Origin: Prosthecobacter sp.
GTDB taxonomy: Bacteria > Verrucomicrobiota > Verrucomicrobiia > Verrucomicrobiales > Verrucomicrobiaceae
Direction: 5' to 3'
DNA length: 64,000 nt
Assembly (NCBI RefSeq): GCF_049294395.1
Contig: NZ_JBAQCR010000151.1
Span: 5,444 to 69,443 of the forward strand
This document shows, piece after piece, positions 60,956 to 64,000 of the stretch. Under the pieces are notes generated by a model. That model made no database searches. It saw only the letters and a program-made list of their open reading frames with translations, and was not told the DNA's origin. Each line of letters opens with the position of its first letter. The stretch's first letter is position 1. The translations under genes and the position numbers were made by a program.

Positions 60956-61726
60956 ATGAAAATTACATCACTCGCATTGTCCCTGCTCCTGCTTGCCACC
61001 ACCGCCCTCCGGGCACAGACCCCGGCTCCTGCCGTCAAGCCAGCCGCTCCGGCGGTTGTCATGCCCCCGCAACCACCGGATGTGCCTGCGGAGAAGTATG
61101 GCAAAGATGGCAAGATCAACCCCGGCTTCATCGCTTCGCATGAGAAGTTCGTGAACATCGCCAAGGAAGGCAAAGCGCAGCTCGTGTTCCTGGGCGACTC
61201 GATCACCGCTGGCTGGGCAGGCGCTGGCAAGGAAGTCTGGGCAAAGGCCTTCGCCGGCTACACCCCTGCAAATTTCGGCATCGGCGGCGACCGCACACAG
61301 CATGTGCTGTGGCGCATCCAGAATGGCGAACTTGAGGTCATCAAACCGAAGGCCGTGGTGCTCATGATCGGCACAAACAACTCCGGATCGGATTCCGCCG
61401 AAGGCATCGCCAAAGGCGTCACTGTCATTGTCGAAACCATCCGCGCCAAACAGCCGCAGGCGAAGATCCTTCTGCTCGCGGTTTTCCCACGTGGCGAAAA
61501 AGCCAGTCCGAATCCAGGCCGCGACAAACTGAAGGTGGTCAACTCCATCATCGCCAAACTCGACGACGGCAAGAATGTCTTCTTCCTCGACATCGGCGAC
61601 AAGTTCATGCAGCCCGACGGCAGCCTGACCAAGGAGATCATGCCAGACTTCCTTCACCTCTCCCCTGCCGGCTATCAGATCTGGGCTGACGCAATTGGTC
61701 CAAAGCTCGCTGAGCTGATGAAGTAA
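60956..61726 (+). CDS. Secreted SGNH/GDSL hydrolase (PAF-acetylhydrolase IB-like)
   Basis: I use the ATG at 60956 (MKITSLALSLLLLATTALRA). Block I FLGDSITAGW, block II GIGGD, block III GTNN, block V DFLHLS. Confidence 0.85.
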   Translation: MKITSLALSLLLLATTALRAQTPAPAVKPAAPAVVMPPQPPDVPAEKYGKDGKINPGFIASHEKFVNIAKEGKAQLVFLGDSITAGWAGAGKEVWAKAFAGYTPANFGIGGDRTQHVLWRIQNGELEVIKPKAVVLMIGTNNSGSDSAEGIAKGVTVIVETIRAKQPQAKILLLAVFPRGEKASPNPGRDKLKVVNSIIAKLDDGKNVFFLDIGDKFMQPDGSLTKEIMPDFLHLSPAGYQIWADAIGPKLAELMK

Positions 61727-61791
61727 TCCGCCCCGTCATTCTCAGCACGAATTCATCTGGCACACGCGAGACCTGCGTGCATAGGAAAGCC

Positions 61792-62406
61792 ATGCCCCAG
61801 CCCGTTATTCTTTCCGACATTGGCAAAGTCCTCATCGATTTCGATTTCAGCATCGCCGCCCGGCGGCTGGCGCAGCAATGCGACCATCCGGCGGAGACGG
61901 TGCTGACATTGTTCGATGACATCAAAGGCCCGTATGAGGTGGGGGACATGGATGATGCGGAGTTCGTGCGGCAGGGCATGGCGCGGACGGGGTTTCGAGG
62001 CTCGCCCGATGAATTCGCGGCCATCTGGTGCGAAATCTTTGCCCAGAATGAGCCCATGCACGCGACGCTCTCCGCGCTGGAGGGAAAGCTGCCGATGCAC
62101 CTGCTCTCCAACACCAACGAGCTGCACAAAAGCTACTTCCTGCGCGAGTTTGGGATCTTCCAGCATTTCCAAGATGGAGTGTACTCGCACACCGCCCGCT
62201 GCGCCAAGCCGGGAGATGAGATCTTCCTCAAGACCGCCGCGCAGCTGGATCTGGACCCCGCGCGCACGTTTTACATCGACGATCTGGAGGCCAACATCGC
62301 CACCGCGAAACGCCTGGGTTTTCGGACATTTCATTACAGCTTTGTGAAGCATTCGCAGCTTCAGGCCGAGCTGAACGAATGGCTGGCAGCTCAGGGCATT
62401 GGTTGA
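61792..62406 (+). CDS. HAD-superfamily hydrolase (subfamily IA-like)
   Basis: I use the ATG at 61792. VILSDIGKVLIDFD (motif I variant), LLSNTN (motif II), K...FYIDD (motifs III/IV). Confidence 0.72.
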   Translation: MPQPVILSDIGKVLIDFDFSIAARRLAQQCDHPAETVLTLFDDIKGPYEVGDMDDAEFVRQGMARTGFRGSPDEFAAIWCEIFAQNEPMHATLSALEGKLPMHLLSNTNELHKSYFLREFGIFQHFQDGVYSHTARCAKPGDEIFLKTAAQLDLDPARTFYIDDLEANIATAKRLGFRTFHYSFVKHSQLQAELNEWLAAQGIG

Positions 62407-62487
62407 CGGGCGCGAATACCTGTCATACCCAGTACGTGCTGCCGTTCGTATCACTTGTGTGGCATGATAGCATGCACGACTAAATCC

Positions 62488-63045
62488 ATGAAATGCGACG
62501 TTTGCGAAAATGAGGCCACCGTGTTCCTCACCCAGATCATCAACGGTCAGATGACCACGGTGAATCTGTGTGAAACCTGCTCCAAGGCCAAAGGCGTGAC
62601 CGAGGAAACCGGCTTCGGTCTGGCGGAGGCATTTCTAAGCCCCTCCCACCGAACGGAGTCGGACACGATGGAAATCGTGTGTGACGCCTGCGGCTTCACG
62701 GCCTCCCAGCTGAAGAAGATCGGACGCATGGGCTGTCCGGAATGTTATGCCGCCTTCCGTGATGGATTGGACGGGCTGCTGCGCAACATGCACAAGGGAA
62801 CCCGGCATGTGGGCAAGCGCCCGAGCCACCTCAGCGCTGTAGCCCCTCAGATACTCCCAAGGCAGCGAGCTTCAGCCTTGAAGGAAGCACCTCCACCGGC
62901 CCCGGTGCCGACTCCTCCCGTGCCGCCACCGGACATTGCCAAGCTCCGCGCCGAGCTGGATCTGGCCGTGAAGGAGGAGCGCTACGAGGACGCCGCCAAG
63001 TTGAAATCCGAGATCGAAAATCTCCAGCCCAAGGCCTCCAAATGA
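62488..63045 (+). CDS. mcsA: McsA-like protein-arginine kinase activator (zinc-finger plus UVR domain)
   Basis: I use the ATG at 62488 (MKCDVCENEATVFLTQI...NLCETC). Second Cys4 unit CDACG...CPECY. C-terminal UVR motif LRAELDLAVKEERYEDAAKLKSEIENL. Confidence 0.75.
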   Translation: MKCDVCENEATVFLTQIINGQMTTVNLCETCSKAKGVTEETGFGLAEAFLSPSHRTESDTMEIVCDACGFTASQLKKIGRMGCPECYAAFRDGLDGLLRNMHKGTRHVGKRPSHLSAVAPQILPRQRASALKEAPPPAPVPTPPVPPPDIAKLRAELDLAVKEERYEDAAKLKSEIENLQPKASK

Positions 63046-63121
63046 AGGATGTCTCAGCTGGAATGATCCTTCCTCATCTTTCAACGCGTATCTCTATTGC
63101 ACCGTCCAACTTCGTAATCTC

Positions 63122-64000
63122 ATGATGCGTTTTGCCACCTTGATCAAGAACCCCGCCGACTGGATGAAAGGCGCGGGGCCGCACTCCGACGTGGTCATGA
63201 CCTCGCGCGTGCGTCTGGCACGCAATCTTCGTGGCTACCCCTTCCCCGGCTTCAGCCAGGAGCGCCAGCGCATCGAGCTGCTGGAACGTGCACGCCCGGT
63301 GGTGGAAGAACTGCCCGAAATGCGGGACGGCTACAGTGAGGACTACACTGAGCTCAGCAAGATCCGCAAACAGGTGCTGGTGGAGCGCCACCTCGTCAGC
63401 CGTGAGCATGCAGCACGGTCATCCGGCTGCGCCGTGGTCGTGGACCGCAAGCAGAGCATCTCCATCATGATCAATGAGGAGGACCACTTCCGCATCCAGG
63501 GCATCCGCCCGGGGCTCAACCTCACCAGCGCCTTTGAAGTGGTGGACCGTGTGGACACGGAGCTGGAAGGCCTGCTGCCGTATGCGTTTGACCCCAAACT
63601 GGGCTACCTCACCGCCTGCCCCACCAATCTCGGTACGGGCATGCGCGCCTCCGTCATGCTGCATCTGCCGGCGCTGGTGCTCACCGAGCAGATCAACCCG
63701 GTGATCAAGGCCATTGGCAAAATCGGTCTGGCCGTGCGCGGTCTCTACGGCGAAGGCACCGAAGCTCTGGGCAACCTCTTCCAGATCTCCAACCAGCACA
63801 CGCTGGGTGAGGCGGAGCCGGAAATCATCGCCCAGATCGAAAAAGTCATCGAAGGAGTAGTCCGCTCTGAAGTGACAGCCCGTGCCAAGCTCAAGGAGGA
63901 CCACCAGACGATGCTGCAGGACCAGATCGGGCGTGCCTTCGCCATTTTGAGGTATGCGCACATCCTTACCTCCAAAGAGGCACTGAACCTGCTTTCCATG
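63122..64000 (+). CDS. mcsB: Protein arginine kinase McsB (ATP:guanido phosphotransferase), 3'-truncated by the window end
   Basis: My own translation from the ATG at 63122; this ORF is not in the track because no stop is reached. VMTSRVRLARNLRGYPFP, INEEDHFRIQ and the CPTNLGTGMRASVMLHLP phosphagen-kinase signature. Confidence 0.9.
   Translation, partial: MMRFATLIKNPADWMKGAGPHSDVVMTSRVRLARNLRGYPFPGFSQERQRIELLERARPVVEELPEMRDGYSEDYTELSKIRKQVLVERHLVSREHAARSSGCAVVVDRKQSISIMINEEDHFRIQGIRPGLNLTSAFEVVDRVDTELEGLLPYAFDPKLGYLTACPTNLGTGMRASVMLHLPALVLTEQINPVIKAIGKIGLAVRGLYGEGTEALGNLFQISNQHTLGEAEPEIIAQIEKVIEGVVRSEVTARAKLKEDHQTMLQDQIGRAFAILRYAHILTSKEALNLLSM

Noticed and set aside
62407-62487. CtsR operator upstream of mcsA.
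   Set aside because: No GGTCAAA-type direct heptad repeat is visible, and there is no ctsR gene upstream (the upstream gene is a HAD hydrolase).

Overview
The window is a visibly GC-rich chromosomal segment, densely coding on both strands. I saw no rRNA, tRNA, CRISPR array, transposase or integrase. The gene content suggests a Verrucomicrobia/PVC-like bacterium (inference only). The supporting signs are a PEP-CTERM-tailed surface protein, a 3053-aa autotransporter built from 'autotransporter-associated beta-strand' repeats, two formylglycine-type sulfatases, a Bacteroides-type frd/sdhCAB operon, McsA/McsB, and many genes without Shine-Dalgarno sites. Core functions dominate: glycine cleavage (gcvT-gcvH-[hydroxylase]-gcvP), RNase P RNA, oligopeptidase A, trxB, corA, uppP, HU, an SDR/CoA-transferase/thiolase cluster, succinate dehydrogenase/fumarate reductase, formaldehyde dehydrogenase and a hybrid histidine kinase. 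The most unusual locus is a translationally coupled two-gene cassette wedged between sdhA and sdhB (47661-48516). It encodes a 95-aa unknown protein and a 191-aa minimal nucleotidyltransferase-fold protein of the AbiEii/DUF6036 type. Other items worth a second look:
- a BrnT/BrnA-like toxin-antitoxin pair
- an Asp/Asn beta-hydroxylase gene embedded in the gcv operon
- the highly repetitive giant autotransporter and its AT-rich upstream region with direct repeats and an extended -10
- an octaheme cytochrome c fused to HEAT/TPR repeats
- nested palindromes between convergent genes
- a compact RNase P RNA
All functional calls rest on motifs read by eye from the ORF translations. No database search was run.
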